A DNA stretch of 64,000 bases. It comes from an uncultured delta proteobacterium (GTDB lineage: Bacteria; Myxococcota; Myxococcia; Myxococcales; Anaeromyxobacteraceae). A program made the translations under genes and the position numbers. A model generated the notes under the pieces. It was not told the origin of the DNA, ran no database searches, and saw only the letters and a program-made list of their open reading frames with translations. The stretch's first letter is position 1. The number at the start of each line of letters is the position of its first letter. The stretch is from NCBI GenBank assembly GCA_963766715.1, contig CAVYBH010000008.1, positions 608,001 to 672,000 of the forward strand, read 5' to 3'. Below are positions 23,592-34,311 of the stretch, piece by piece.

Positions 23592-24103
23592 GGCGGCCCT
23601 CCCGCAGGATCTTCCCGACCGCCTCCAGGGTGGCCCACCCGCGCGTGGTGGCGGCGACGCCGAAGGCCTTCTCGACCACCGCGTTCGGGTAGAGGGCGCG
23701 CGGGCCGCCGGGGCGGCGCAGGCAGAGCGCGCAGCCCCCGATCACCGCCACGACGCGCACCTCCCAGTCCTTTCCCTCGGGCCGATCGACCGGAATGGGA
23801 AGCGAGGTCGGCGTGCCGGCCAGGAAGGAGGCGAAGCGCTGCGCGTCCGGCGGAGGACGACGGGCGAACGGGGATCCGTCGAGCAGCGAGAGGATCTCCG
23901 GGCCCGCACGGGCGATCACCTCGGTCTCGAAGGGGAGCCGCTTGCGGATGGCGGCGGCGAGTGCGGCCGGGCGCCTTGGCGTCGAGGGCGACGAAGGTGC
24001 CCGCCGCCGCGACGTTCACGAGGCCCAGCTCGTCGGCGAGCTCCCGGGTGCGGAGGGTCTTTCCCCCGAGGTTCACGGCGCGCAGGAAGGCGACGGTGGC
24101 CAT
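23581..24103 (-). CDS. DUF1697 family protein, frameshifted
   Basis: VAFLRAVNLGG N-terminus; VEKAFGVAATTRGW C-terminus. Confidence 0.75.
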
Positions 24104-24127
24104 GTACGGGGGTTATGCTGGGCGCTC

Positions 24128-24739
24128 ATGCGCCGCACGCTCCTCGCGCTGCTCCTCGGGCTCTTCGTCGTCCCGGCCTGGCGCGCGCCCAGTACCTGGG
24201 CCCCACGGAGCCGGCGCCCCCGCCGCCGCCGGTGCAGGAGGAGGCCTCGGCGCCGCAGGCCCAGCCCGCCCCGGTCCCTCCGGGCGCGCTCCCACCGGCC
24301 CAGGAGGCCGTGCCCGAGTGGTCGGCGCGACGGATTCGAGTCTGGGGAACGCTGGGCGCGACCTTCGCCTACGGACAGTCGGCCTTCAGCCTGGGCGCGG
24401 GGGTCGGGTACTTCGTCTACGGGGGGCTCCTGCCCTCGCTCGACATGAGCGTGGCGCTCGGGAACGTCTGCCACCGTCTTCATGCTGAAGCCGGGGCTCG
24501 ACTGGTTCCTGCCGGTTCCCGGGCGGATCGTGCCCTTCGTGGGCGGCTACTACGCCCACTGGTTCGTCTCCGGCGGATACCTGCCGCAGGACGCCTGGGG
24601 CGTTCGCGGCGGATTCTCGTTCGCGCAGGTGGGACCCGCGACGTTCCTCCTCGGCATCGCGTACGAGCGGGTCTTCACCAACTGCACCGGGACCTGCGGC
24701 TACTGGGTGCCCCAGGTGGCGGCCGGGTTCGCGCTGTAG
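24128..24739 (+). CDS. Hypothetical exported protein, possible small outer-membrane beta-barrel, frameshifted
   Basis: Signal peptide MRRTLLALLLG; Pro-rich linker; amphipathic strands; ends PQVAAGFAL. Confidence 0.6.
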
Positions 24740-24908
24740 GCGAGAAGAAGTTTTTCTGTTCCATCCCGGAACGACGCGGCTGTCCCCGGGTCGCACGACT
24801 ACGCCCCGTGTCCGGTCCAGTCGGCGTGCGGTGTCAGTCCACCAAACGCTCATGCATCGCGAGCCCGGGACGCGTCACCACCCGGGACGGAGCGACGGAG
24901 GGAAGTCC

Positions 24909-25832
24909 ATGTTGCTCGTGGCACCCAGCGTGGAAATGGAGCCGGTCGCCGACCTTGCCAGAGGAAAAGGACCTTCCGGGCCTGTCCTCGGGCGGGGCCT
25001 TCGCCGTGTACGTGTCGCAGATCCGGCGGATCCCCCTGCTGACGCCCGTCCGGGAGCGCGAGCTCGCCCGGGCCTACCGCCAGCACAAGGACCTCCGCGC
25101 CTTCGACCTCCTCGTGACCTCCAACCTGCGCTTCGTCGTCCAGGTCGCTCGCACCTACCGCTCGTACGGCAGGCGCATCTCGGACCTGATCCAGGAGGGC
25201 ACCCTGGGGCTCATCCGGGCGGTCGAGCGGTACGACCCCGATCGCGACATCCGCCTCGTCTCCTACGCGGTCTGGTGGATCCGGGCCCACATCCAGGCCT
25301 ACATCCTCCGGACCTGGTCGATCGTGAAGGTCGGGACCACCCAGGTCCAGCGCCGGCTCTTCTACGCGCTCGCCCGCACCAAGCGGGAGCTCGAGCGTCG
25401 CGGCGACTCGCTCCCCCCTCCCTCGAGCCCGCGGAGACCGCCACCGTGGCCGGGCGGCTCGGCGTCACGACGAAGCAGGTCGAGGAGATGACGCACCGGC
25501 TCCACCAGCGGGATCTGTCGCTCGACGCGTCGGTCGGCGAGGACGGCCCGACGCACCTCGAGTCCATGGCGTACGAGGGACCGTCGCAGGACGAGCTGTT
25601 CGACGATGCCCAGCAGCAGGCGCACGCTGCGGTGCGGGTCGGCGCGGCCCTGGCGCAGCTCGACCCGCGCGAGCGCACCGTCGTCCAGTCCCGGCTGATG
25701 AGCGATTCGCCGATGACCTTCCAGGAGGTCGGGGACGTCATCGGCTGCTCGCCGGAGCGGGCGCGACAGCTCGAGACGCGGGCCAAGCTGAAGCTGCGGC
25801 GGCTCCTCGAGGCCGCCGAGGCGGAGCGGTGA
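24909..25832 (+). CDS. Sigma-32 (RpoH-like) RNA polymerase sigma factor, frameshifted
   Basis: LVTSNLRFVV; DLIQEG.LGL; SYAVWWIRA; RpoH-box-like ILRTWSIVKVGTTQVQRRLF; ERARQLE. Confidence 0.88.
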   Translation: MLLVAPSVEMEPVADLARGKGPSGPVLGRGLRRVRVADPADPPADARPGARARPGLPPAQGPPRLRPPRDLQPALRRPGRSHLPLVRQAHLGPDPGGHPGAHPGGRAVRPRSRHPPRLLRGLVDPGPHPGLHPPDLVDREGRDHPGPAPALLRARPHQAGARASRRLAPPSLEPAETATVAGRLGVTTKQVEEMTHRLHQRDLSLDASVGEDGPTHLESMAYEGPSQDELFDDAQQQAHAAVRVGAALAQLDPRERTVVQSRLMSDSPMTFQEVGDVIGCSPERARQLETRAKLKLRRLLEAAEAER

Positions 25833-25859
25833 GCCCGCGACACCTGGCGAGAGGTTGAC

Positions 25860-26452
25860 GTGAAGAGACTGGTCCTCCTGGCGCTGGCTGGAATCGCCGC
25901 GGTCGGCGTCGGCGCCTCGCTCGTGATCCTGACGGTCACGGAGTCCCGGACCTCCTGGACGGCGACCGCCCCTGCGGAGGCGGCGGGGGCCGTTCGAGCC
26001 GAGGCGTCGCAGGCGCCCGGCGAGCCCGGGGGGTGATCCAGCCGGAGCAGCCGGTCCAGCCAGGCCTCCGTCGCCTCCAGCTTCCCCCACGCATCGCCGC
26101 CCGGGACGTGACGGCGCCCATCGCGGAGTGCCTCCGATCGCACCCCACCAGCCACGGTGGCGGCGCGGTCCTGACGCTGGAGCTCGAGGCGCTGGCGGGC
26201 GGCGGACTTCGCATCGTCGAGGCGCCGGTGGCGGCCTGGGGGAATGCCAGCCGGGCGCTGGTCGCCTGCGCCCAGCAGATCCTTCCCGGAAGGACGATCG
26301 CCATCGGAGAGTATCCGCCGGGGGAGCGCTTCCGTGCCAGGTACGATCTCGAGTCGGCCGCGGCTGCCGCGCCCGCCCGGGAGTCCCCGGTGGCGAGCAC
26401 CGTGCCCGCCCGCCAGCCGGCGCGGCGAGCGTCCGGCGGCGGACGTCGCTGA
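25860..26452 (+). CDS. Hypothetical membrane-anchored protein (frameshift in a G run near 26030)
   Basis: GAGG RBS plus GTG; N-terminal TM; continues in ORF 26033..26452. Confidence 0.55.
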
Positions 26453-26703
26453 CCGTGTCTCCGGCGGCCTCCGCGGTCCGCTGGCCGGGACGCCCCGATA
26501 ATCATCCAGGAGGGTGTCCCCGTCGCGACCGGACGCTGGCGTCACGTTCCGTGAACGGGTCGGATCCGGCAAGTCTTTCCTTACGTCAGTCCGATCGCGT
26601 GGGTGTCCGCCCCGGCCGACCCCGTTGACCGGGATCCCGGTGCTTCTCGCGGGGATTGCCAGGTGGACCGAGGTGGCGACCTCCCTCGATCAAGGTACTT
26701 CGG

Positions 26704-26717
26704 TTGACGTCGATCAA
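26704..26717. promoter_or_regulatory. FNR/CRP-family-like binding site
   Basis: TTGAC-GTCG-ATCAA, about 95 bp upstream of ATG 26810. Confidence 0.6.
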
Positions 26718-26809
26718 GTCACAGGTTCCCTCAGCGTTCCGAAACGTTCGGACCGAGTCTCCAGTTGGCTCATGCGGCCGAGGCCGCGAACGGAAGCGAG
26801 GGAGTCCCA

Positions 26810-29068
26810 ATGAAGCAGCTCACGAGATGGACCGCGACGCTGGCGATGGTCGCACTGGCGAGCGCGGCGCAGGCCGACCTGAACCGGGTCGGACCGCCTG
26901 CGTTGCCCTCCCCTCCCGGCAACGGGTTCCCGGCCTGGTACCAGGACCTGAACGGCCTGACCCTCGACATCTGCCTGCCCAACGCGAGCGGCGACACGGG
27001 TCAGGCGCAGCAGGCTGCCTGCCTCCTGACCGGGGTCGGCATCGAGCCGCCGTACGTCTTCCCGACCAACTACCCCGACGAGATCTTCTACTTCCGGGCC
27101 GTCTCGGACGTGCTCGACACGAGCGCCAACGGCGCCGCCGGGACGAACAAGGCGATCCTGGTCCTGGCCCTCGAGGCCGCGTTCGCGAGCGGCGGCGCGC
27201 AGGCGGGCCAGCAGATCGTCTTCACGCGAATCCGCGTCACCGCGGGCGTGCCGCACGCGGGCACCTACACGGTCACCCACCCCTACGGCATCGAGACCTT
27301 CGTCGTCGACGTGGCCACGGGCGCGCGGGACATCTTCTTCTCCGAGGACATCGGCATCAACCCGGGCGCCTTCACGGACGCGCTCTCGAGCCGGGTGGGA
27401 CCGTTCCTCCAGGCGTCGGCCATCGAGGGCGGCGCGCCGAAGGCGCCCGTCACCATCAACGGCGCCTCCTTCCTCTCCGACGGCGTGGCGCTCGAGATCC
27501 TCACCGGCAGCCCCTTCGGGACCAACTACTTCGAGATGTGCGGCCCCTTCGACGGCGCGGCCAATCCCGACACCTGCCGGAAGACGCCCCTCTTCAGCCT
27601 GACCGGCCGCCTGCACAGCGGGCTCATCGGCAGCCCGCTGCGGGTGGATCGCGCCTCCTACAGCCGCTTCCGGGTCGGACGCGCAGGTCGACGTCTCCGC
27701 CAACGCCAAGGCCGGCATCGGCCAGGCCGCCCCGAAGCTCACCACCGCGTCCTCCAGCGTCTCGCCGGTGCTCCTCAACGGCCCGACGGCGCTCGGCGAG
27801 TGGTACGCGCAGGGCATCCCGGTCCCGGCCAGCGCGATCCCGAGCCAGCTCACCGTGACGAACAGCGCCGACTCGCCGCCCACCTCGGTGGTGGCGCGCG
27901 TGACCGACCTCGTCACCGTCAAGTCGGCGAACTACGCCGGCGCCACCCTCACCGTCGTGGCGACCACCACCGACAAGGGTGACTTCACCAACACCCCCGA
28001 CCCGCTGCTGCCGCCCAGCCTCGCCTCGACGGATTCCCCCTGGCCAGCGTCTCCCGTGCCAACTCCTCGGATCCGGGCCGAGACCACCTTCACCGTCGTC
28101 CTCCCTGGCCGTCCGCCCCGAGCGTTCGGGTGTCCTCCGCGGCCGGCGGCCAGGGACAGATGGACGTCGTCATGGCTCGCACGGCGGCCTTCGCCGGCGG
28201 CGTTCCGCTCGCCGTCGACGACAATGCCGACCGCCACCGCGGGTGGGGGCGAGATCCCGGTGTTCGTGATGGACAACGACGTGCTGGGCAGCGTGCTGCT
28301 GAACGCGGCTCCTCTCGCGATCATCGGCGTCCCGACGGCCGGCACGGCCACCGTCCGGAAGGACGCGGTCACCGGGGCGTTCTACGTGGGCTACCTGCCC
28401 TCGCACCTCGCGGGACCGAGACGTTCCAGTACACGGTGCGGAACGCGGAGGGGCAGTCCAACGTCGCGACCGTCACGGTCGACGTGGGCCCGAACCCGAA
28501 CCCGACCCCGGTGGCGGTGAACGACCCGACGGTGGGCGCCCTCACGCTGACCACCGGCGCGACGATCACCGTCAACGTGCTCGGCAACGACAGCGGGAAC
28601 GGCGGCACGCTCGACCCGGCCTCCGTCCTGGTGAGCAGCGTCACCGGCGGAACGGCGGTCGTGAACCCGGCGAACGGGGCCATCAGCTACACGGCCGGCG
28701 CCGCCACCGGGAACTTCAGCATCACGTACACGGTGGCCAACACCAACGGCCTGAGGTCGAACGCCGCCACCGTCGCGCTGACCGTGACGGCCCCCGAGAC
28801 CATCACGCTGAAGGGCGCGCAGTGCCAGCGCCAGGGCACGCAGTGGGTGGTGCAGGGCTCGAGCACCACGCTGACCGGGACCATGACCATCTTCAACGTG
28901 GGTCTCGTTCCGGCCGCTCCCACGGTCTCCCAGATCATCGCGAACGTCCCGATCTCGGCCGGCAAGTGGCAGTACAACGTGAAGGGCGGCCCGGCCTGCG
29001 TCAGCCCCATCAGCCTGCAGTCGACGGGCGGCGGCAAGCTGCAGAACGTGAACGTGGCCATCAAGTAG
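26810..29068 (+). CDS. Large secreted protein with an uncharacterised N-terminal domain and Ig-like (Big_9/cadherin-like) repeats, frameshifted
   Basis: Signal peptide ending AAQA; GFPAWYQD..LDICLP, FPTNYPDEIFYF, LVLALEAAF, FTRIRV, YTVTHPYG; PVAVND..VNVLGND..ISYT..FSITYTV..SNAATV. Confidence 0.8.
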
Positions 29069-29086
29069 CCGGCACGCGCAGCATCC

Positions 29087-29136
29087 CCGGCCCCCGGATC
29101 CCGACGCAGCTCGGGGACCGGGGGCCGGTCCTTTTT
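29087..29136 (+). terminator. Intrinsic terminator
   Basis: CCGGCCCCCGG.TCCC / GGGACCGGGGGCCGG stem followed by TTTTT. Confidence 0.75.
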
Positions 29137-29218
29137 CTCGCCGGTTCCGGGCCGCCATCTGTCCACTGGAAACGGCGTCGGGTGTCGTACCAGCAGTCGA
29201 ACACGCCAGGAGACCCTC

Positions 29219-31886
29219 GTGACCCTCGCCCTCCCCTCGCCTCCGATCGAACGCCGCGATCCTCCTGCTCGTCCTCGCCGCCTGCGGCGGATCCGCCGGC
29301 GACCCGACGCGTCCCGTCGTGACGCCGCCCGGCGGCCCGGGGCCCCCGGCGTCCCTCTCGGCGACGGCCGGCAACCAGTCGGCGTCGCTGTCCTGGATCG
29401 GCCCGCCTCGGACGGCGGGAGCGCCATCACGGGCTACTCGGTCGTGGCCTGCCGGCCGCGCCGTCGGCCGTGGTTGCCGTCAGTCGGGACGACCGCGTCG
29501 GTCACGGGCCTCGCGAACGGGACGCACCTACACCTTCACCGTCCGGCCACCAACGCCGTCGGGAGCGGTCCGGCGTCGAGCACGCCGTCGAACGCCTACC
29601 CCGCCGCGTCGCCGCCGTCCTCGCCAGCGTGACCCCCGGCCTCGGGCTCTTCTGCGGCGGCGCCGTCGGTGACCCTCGCCGGCAGGGGCTTCGTCCCGGG
29701 CGCCGCGGGGAGCGTCGTGACCTTCGGCGGCGTCGCCGCCACCGTCACCAGCCGCACGGCCACGTCACTCGTCGTCTCGACGCCGGCGCACGGCGCCGGC
29801 TCGCAGCCGGTCACCGTGACCAACCCGGACGGCCAGGGCAGCACATGCCGGGCGCATACGCTTCGTCGATCCCCCGCCCGCCCACGCCGCCGGTGACCGC
29901 ATCCGTCACACCCGTGACGGACCCGGACTGGGCAGAGCGCCGTGCTTGCCGGGGCGTTCTCGTTCGTGACCCCTCCCGCCACTCCGGCGCCGCTCCTCTC
30001 CAGCCTGTCCCCGGCATCGGGTGCCGGCGTGGGAGGGACCGCGGTGACGCTCGCGGGAACCGGCTTCGTCTCGCCGGTCTCGGTCCGGTTCGGCGGGACC
30101 GCCGCCACGGTCTCGGCGCAGACGGCCACCTCCATCGTCGTGGTCGCCCCGCCGCACGCCCTCGGCCTCGTGGACGTGGTGGTGACGAATCCGGACGCCC
30201 AGTCCTCCACCCGGGCTCGCCGCCTTCGACTACGTCTTCCCGGCGGCCCCGCCCTCCGACGCTCTCGAGCGCGGCTCCCGCCCAGGGGGCCGCCGCCGGG
30301 CGGCACGACGGTGACGCTCGGGGGCTCCGGCTTCGTGGCGCCCGGTGACGGTCAGCCTTCGGTGGCGGCGGCGGCCACGGTCGTGAGCGTGAGCCCGAGC
30401 GCCGTGACGGTGGTGACGCCCCCGCACGCCGCGGGGGCGGTGGCGGTCGTGATGACGAACGCCGACACCCAGGCCTCGACCCTGCCCGTCCGGATTCACC
30501 TACACCGCGGCGCCGGTCATCCCGCCTCCGTCGCTCACGGGCGCGACGCCCGCCTCCGGGCCCACCGCGGGAGGCACCACGGTCGCGCTGTCGGGCGCCG
30601 ACTTCGACGCGGGCGCCTCGGTCACCTTCGGCGGCGTGGCCGCCGCGGTCGTGTCCCGGACCGCCAGCACCCTCACCGTGACGGCGCCCGCCCACGGCGC
30701 CGGGGTCGGTGGAGCGTCGTGGTCACGAACGGCAGCGGGCTGTCCGCGACCCTGGCGGGCGGGTACTCGTTACGTCGCCCCGCCCGCCATCACGAGCGTG
30801 AGCCCGGCCACCGGTCCCGTCGTCGGGCGGGACATCGGTGACCATCGCGGGCACCGGGTTCGTCTCCGGCGTCGAGCGGCAGCCAGGTGACGGTCGGCGG
30901 GGCCGCGGCCACGGTGACCGGCCGCACCAACCTGACGCTCGTCCGTGACGACGCGCCGGCGCATCCGGCGGGGCTCGCACCGGTCGCCGTGACCAACCCG
31001 GACGGCCAGAGCGCCACGCTGGCCGGGGCCTTCACCTTCGTCGACCCGCCGCCGGCGCCTTCGGCCCCGACCCTCACCGGCGATCAGCCCGTCCTCCGGG
31101 CCGGCCGCCGGCGGGACCACGGTGGTCCTCACCGGGACGAACTTCGTCACCGGCGGCGTCGTGACCTTCGGGGGCGTGGCGGCCACGATCGTCGGACCCG
31201 GTGCTCTCCACCCAGATCACCGTGACGACGCCGGCTCACTCAGCCGGTGGGCGCCGTCGACGTGACCTTCCTGAACCCGTTCACCGGCCAGGTGGCCTCG
31301 GTCGCGCTCGGCTACACCTTCCTGGCCGCGCCCCCGGTCATCGACGCCCTGAGCATCCGCGGCGCTCCGCCCGCCGGCGGGACCACGCTCAACATCCTCG
31401 GCTCCGGATTCCAGCCCGGCGTCACGGCCACCTTCGGCGGCGCGGCCGCGACCGGGCTCGTGATCTCCGACGCCACGCCGCCCGCGGAAGTACCTCACCC
31501 TGACCATCCCGCCCCAGCCCGCCGGAGCCGGGGCCTTCGTCGACCTGGTCATCCGGAACCCGGACGGCGGCTCGGCCACCTACCCCGGCTTCCACTACGG
31601 GCCGCCCCCGACCATCACGTCCGTGTCGGTCGCGCCCCCGGACGCGCTCACCAACATGCACAAGGGGGACGTCATCACCATCAGCCGGCGCGGACTTCAG
31701 CGCGAGCACCGGCGTCCAGGTCCAGATCGGCAACCTACGCGCTGATCGTGTCGGCGTCCGCCACCGAGCTCGTGGTGGAGGCACCCAAGGTGAACCCGGG
31801 CACCTACCGGCTGGTGGTGACGAACACACGACGGCCAGTTCGGCGTCGCGGCGACGGCGTTCGACATCGTCTACCAGGGACCCTGA
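29219..31886 (+). CDS. Lipoprotein with an FN3 domain and about 8 IPT/TIG repeats, heavily frameshifted
   Basis: GGAG RBS; lipobox LAAC; FN3 ATAGNQSASLSW..DGGSAITGY..GLANG; repeated P.SG...GGT.VT..G.GF..V.FGG..V.VTNPDGQ. Confidence 0.78.
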
Positions 31887-31911
31887 CGCCCGTCCCAGGC
31901 CCTCGGCCGGC

Positions 31912-32829
31912 TCACATCCGGCCGCAGGGCCTGCGGAACGGGCAGCGCCTGCAGGCGGACCGATCCTCGATCGGCGGGAACCGCTCCTTCGAGGCGGCGT
32001 TCCGGAGCGGGTCGTCGAGCATCGCCTTCATGCCGCCGATGCTCTCCCGCATCCGGGCCTGCGCGGCCTCGAGCGCCGGGGCGTCCACCGCCACGTCGAC
32101 GCGGTCGGCGCCGGCGCCCAGGTAGACGAGCCCGCCCACCACCGACTCGGGCGGCGCCTGCCACTTCTGCTGCGCGTAGAGGGCGTACTGGGCCACCTGC
32201 ATGTGGTCGGCCCCGCGCTCCTTGCCGGTCTTCCAGTCGAGGACGTGGATCCGGTCGTCCTCGTCCCGGTAGGCGAAGTCGATGGCCACCCAGATCTTGG
32301 TCCCCTCGAAGCTCCAGGAGTCGAGCTCGTCGACGGTGAGCCAGCGCGCCGCCGGGATGGCGCGGATCCGGTCGAAGGTCTGGCTGCCGTAGAAGGCGCG
32401 GATCGAGCCCTCGATGAGCTCGTCCCAGATCCGCTTCCACTCCTCGGGCGCCACCGGCTCGGCGTACTCGTGCTCGAGGAGGCCCGGGATGCGCTTGGGG
32501 TCGCGCCAGTAGCTCTTGTCGCGCGAGCCGGCGAACTGGGTCCGGGAGCGGCGCCGGGTCTCCTCGAGGAGCTGGTCGAGCGCCTTGCGGTCCCCGGTGA
32601 AGCGGGAGCGGTTCAGCATGTGGCGCAGCGCCTCGTGCACCACGGAACCCGCCCACTGCCAGCGGGAGGAGAGGTTCTTCAGGACGTACAGCTCCCGGGT
32701 GTCCGGGCCCTTGGCCGCGTCCCAGCCGCCCCAGGAGCCGTAGTAGTGGAACCAGTAGGCGCGCGGGCACTCCGCGAACTTCTCGTGGCGCGACTTGGAC
32801 CAGGAGAACTCGTTCTGCAGCTCCCTCAC
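31912..32829 (-). CDS. PD-(D/E)XK nuclease of the RecB/AddB/Cas4-like type with four Cys
   Basis: SWS..ECPRAYW; AIDFA..VLDWKTG; QVAQYALY; CRRCPFRRPC. Confidence 0.85.
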   Translation of the reverse strand: MRELQNEFSWSKSRHEKFAECPRAYWFHYYGSWGGWDAAKGPDTRELYVLKNLSSRWQWAGSVVHEALRHMLNRSRFTGDRKALDQLLEETRRRSRTQFAGSRDKSYWRDPKRIPGLLEHEYAEPVAPEEWKRIWDELIEGSIRAFYGSQTFDRIRAIPAARWLTVDELDSWSFEGTKIWVAIDFAYRDEDDRIHVLDWKTGKERGADHMQVAQYALYAQQKWQAPPESVVGGLVYLGAGADRVDVAVDAPALEAAQARMRESIGGMKAMLDDPLRNAASKERFPPIEDRSACRRCPFRRPCGRM

Positions 32830-34311
32830 GGCTTCCTCACCTCGACCTCTCCGATGGGGAGCCCGTCGAGCTGCGGCTTCACCACCGCCGGGTCGCCGAC
32901 CATCACGGTGGAGAGGCGGGCGGGGTCGAGGAAGCGCTGCGCCACCTGCTGGACGTCGGCGGCGGTGACCGCCCGGACCGCGGCGGGATAGCGGCTCCAC
33001 CAGTCGTCGGGCAGCGCGTAGACCACCTGCTCGGCGACCCGGCCGGCGATGCCGGCGACGGACGCGAAGTCGGCGGGCAGGGAACGGACGATGCCGTCCT
33101 TCGAGTCCTCGAGCTCCGCCTGCGGGCACGGGGACGTCGCGGAGCGCGTTCACCTGCGCGAGCAGGTCGCGGATGGCCTGGGCCGTGGCGTCGGCGCGCA
33201 CGCTGCCGCCCAGGTAGGAGGCCCCGCCCAGCTTCTGGGCGCTCTCCCGCGCGGAGAGGCCGTAGGTGTAGCCCTTGTCCTCGCGCAGGTCGCGGAAGAG
33301 GCGCGAGGCCGAGCCGCCGCCGAGCACCTGGAAGAGGACCTGGGCCGCCACGTACTGCGGGTCGCTGCGGGCCATGCCGGGCATTCCCAGGATGAGGAAG
33401 GTCTGCGGGGCGTCCGGCTTCTCCACGAGCACGGCCCGGCGCTGGCCGGCCGGGCTCTCGGCGCTGGCCGGGCGGGCCGGGGCGCTACCCGTCCACCCGG
33501 AGAGCGCCTTCGCGAGCTCGGCGCGGAGCGTGGCGGCATCGACGTCCCCGACCACCACCAGCTCGGCGGCGCCGGGGCGCCAGTGCTCGGCGTGGAAGCG
33601 GGCCAGGTTCTCTCGCGTCGTCCGGGCCACCGACTCCTCGGTGCCGCCCGACCAGTGGCCGTAGGGGTGGTTGCCCCAGAAGAGCTTGCCGAAGGTCTTC
33701 GACGCGATGGCGCCCGGCTGGTCGCGCTGCTGCAGCAGGGACACCTTCCGCTGGTCCTGGACGCGGCCGAAGTCGGAGGCCGGGAAGGCCGGATTCATGG
33801 TGACGTCGGCGAGCAGCTCGAGCAGCTTCGGCAGGTGGCGCGAGAGGGAGCTCCCGGAGAGGTAGGCGGCGTCCATGCTGGCGCCGGCGCCGAGCGAGGC
33901 GCCCAGGAAGCCGAGCTCGTCGGAGAGCTGGATGGCCGAGCGCGTCTTCGTCCCCTCGGTGACCATGGCGGCGGTGAAGCTGGCCACGCCCGGGAGGTCG
34001 GCCGGATCGCGCGCCGCGCCTCCCTCGAGCAGCACCAGGTGCACGGCGACGATGGGGAGGCGGTGGGACTCGACCAGCCGGACGGCGAGGCCGTTCGGCA
34101 GCGTGAACTTCTGCTGCACCGGGAGGTGCAGGTCGACGGGCGGGCCGAGCGGCGGGACCGACAGGGCCGTGGGCGACGGCGCGACGGCGGGCGCCGCCGC
34201 GGGGGCCACGGCGGCCGGCGCGTCGGGAGCGGGGCGGGGCGCGGTGGTGGCGCAGGCCGCGAGGGCGAGCGCCAGGGCCGCGAGCCAGGAGGCGGAGATA
34301 CGGGGGCGCAT
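32826..34311 (-). CDS. M16 (pitrilysin) family lipoprotein, non-catalytic-type subunit, frameshift near 33120
   Basis: Lipobox LAAC; LPNGL.V; no HXXEH; LGGGSASRLFRDLREDKGYTYG. Confidence 0.88.

Noticed and set aside
1..31900. Mobile element boundaries for the accessory region
   Set aside because: I saw no integrase, transposase, tRNA or att-like direct repeats, and composition looks similar to the rest of the window.
29600..32829. CRISPR locus (repeats beside a Cas4-like gene)
   Set aside because: The repeats are degenerate ~250-bp protein-coding IPT units, not repeat-spacer arrays, and there are no other cas genes.
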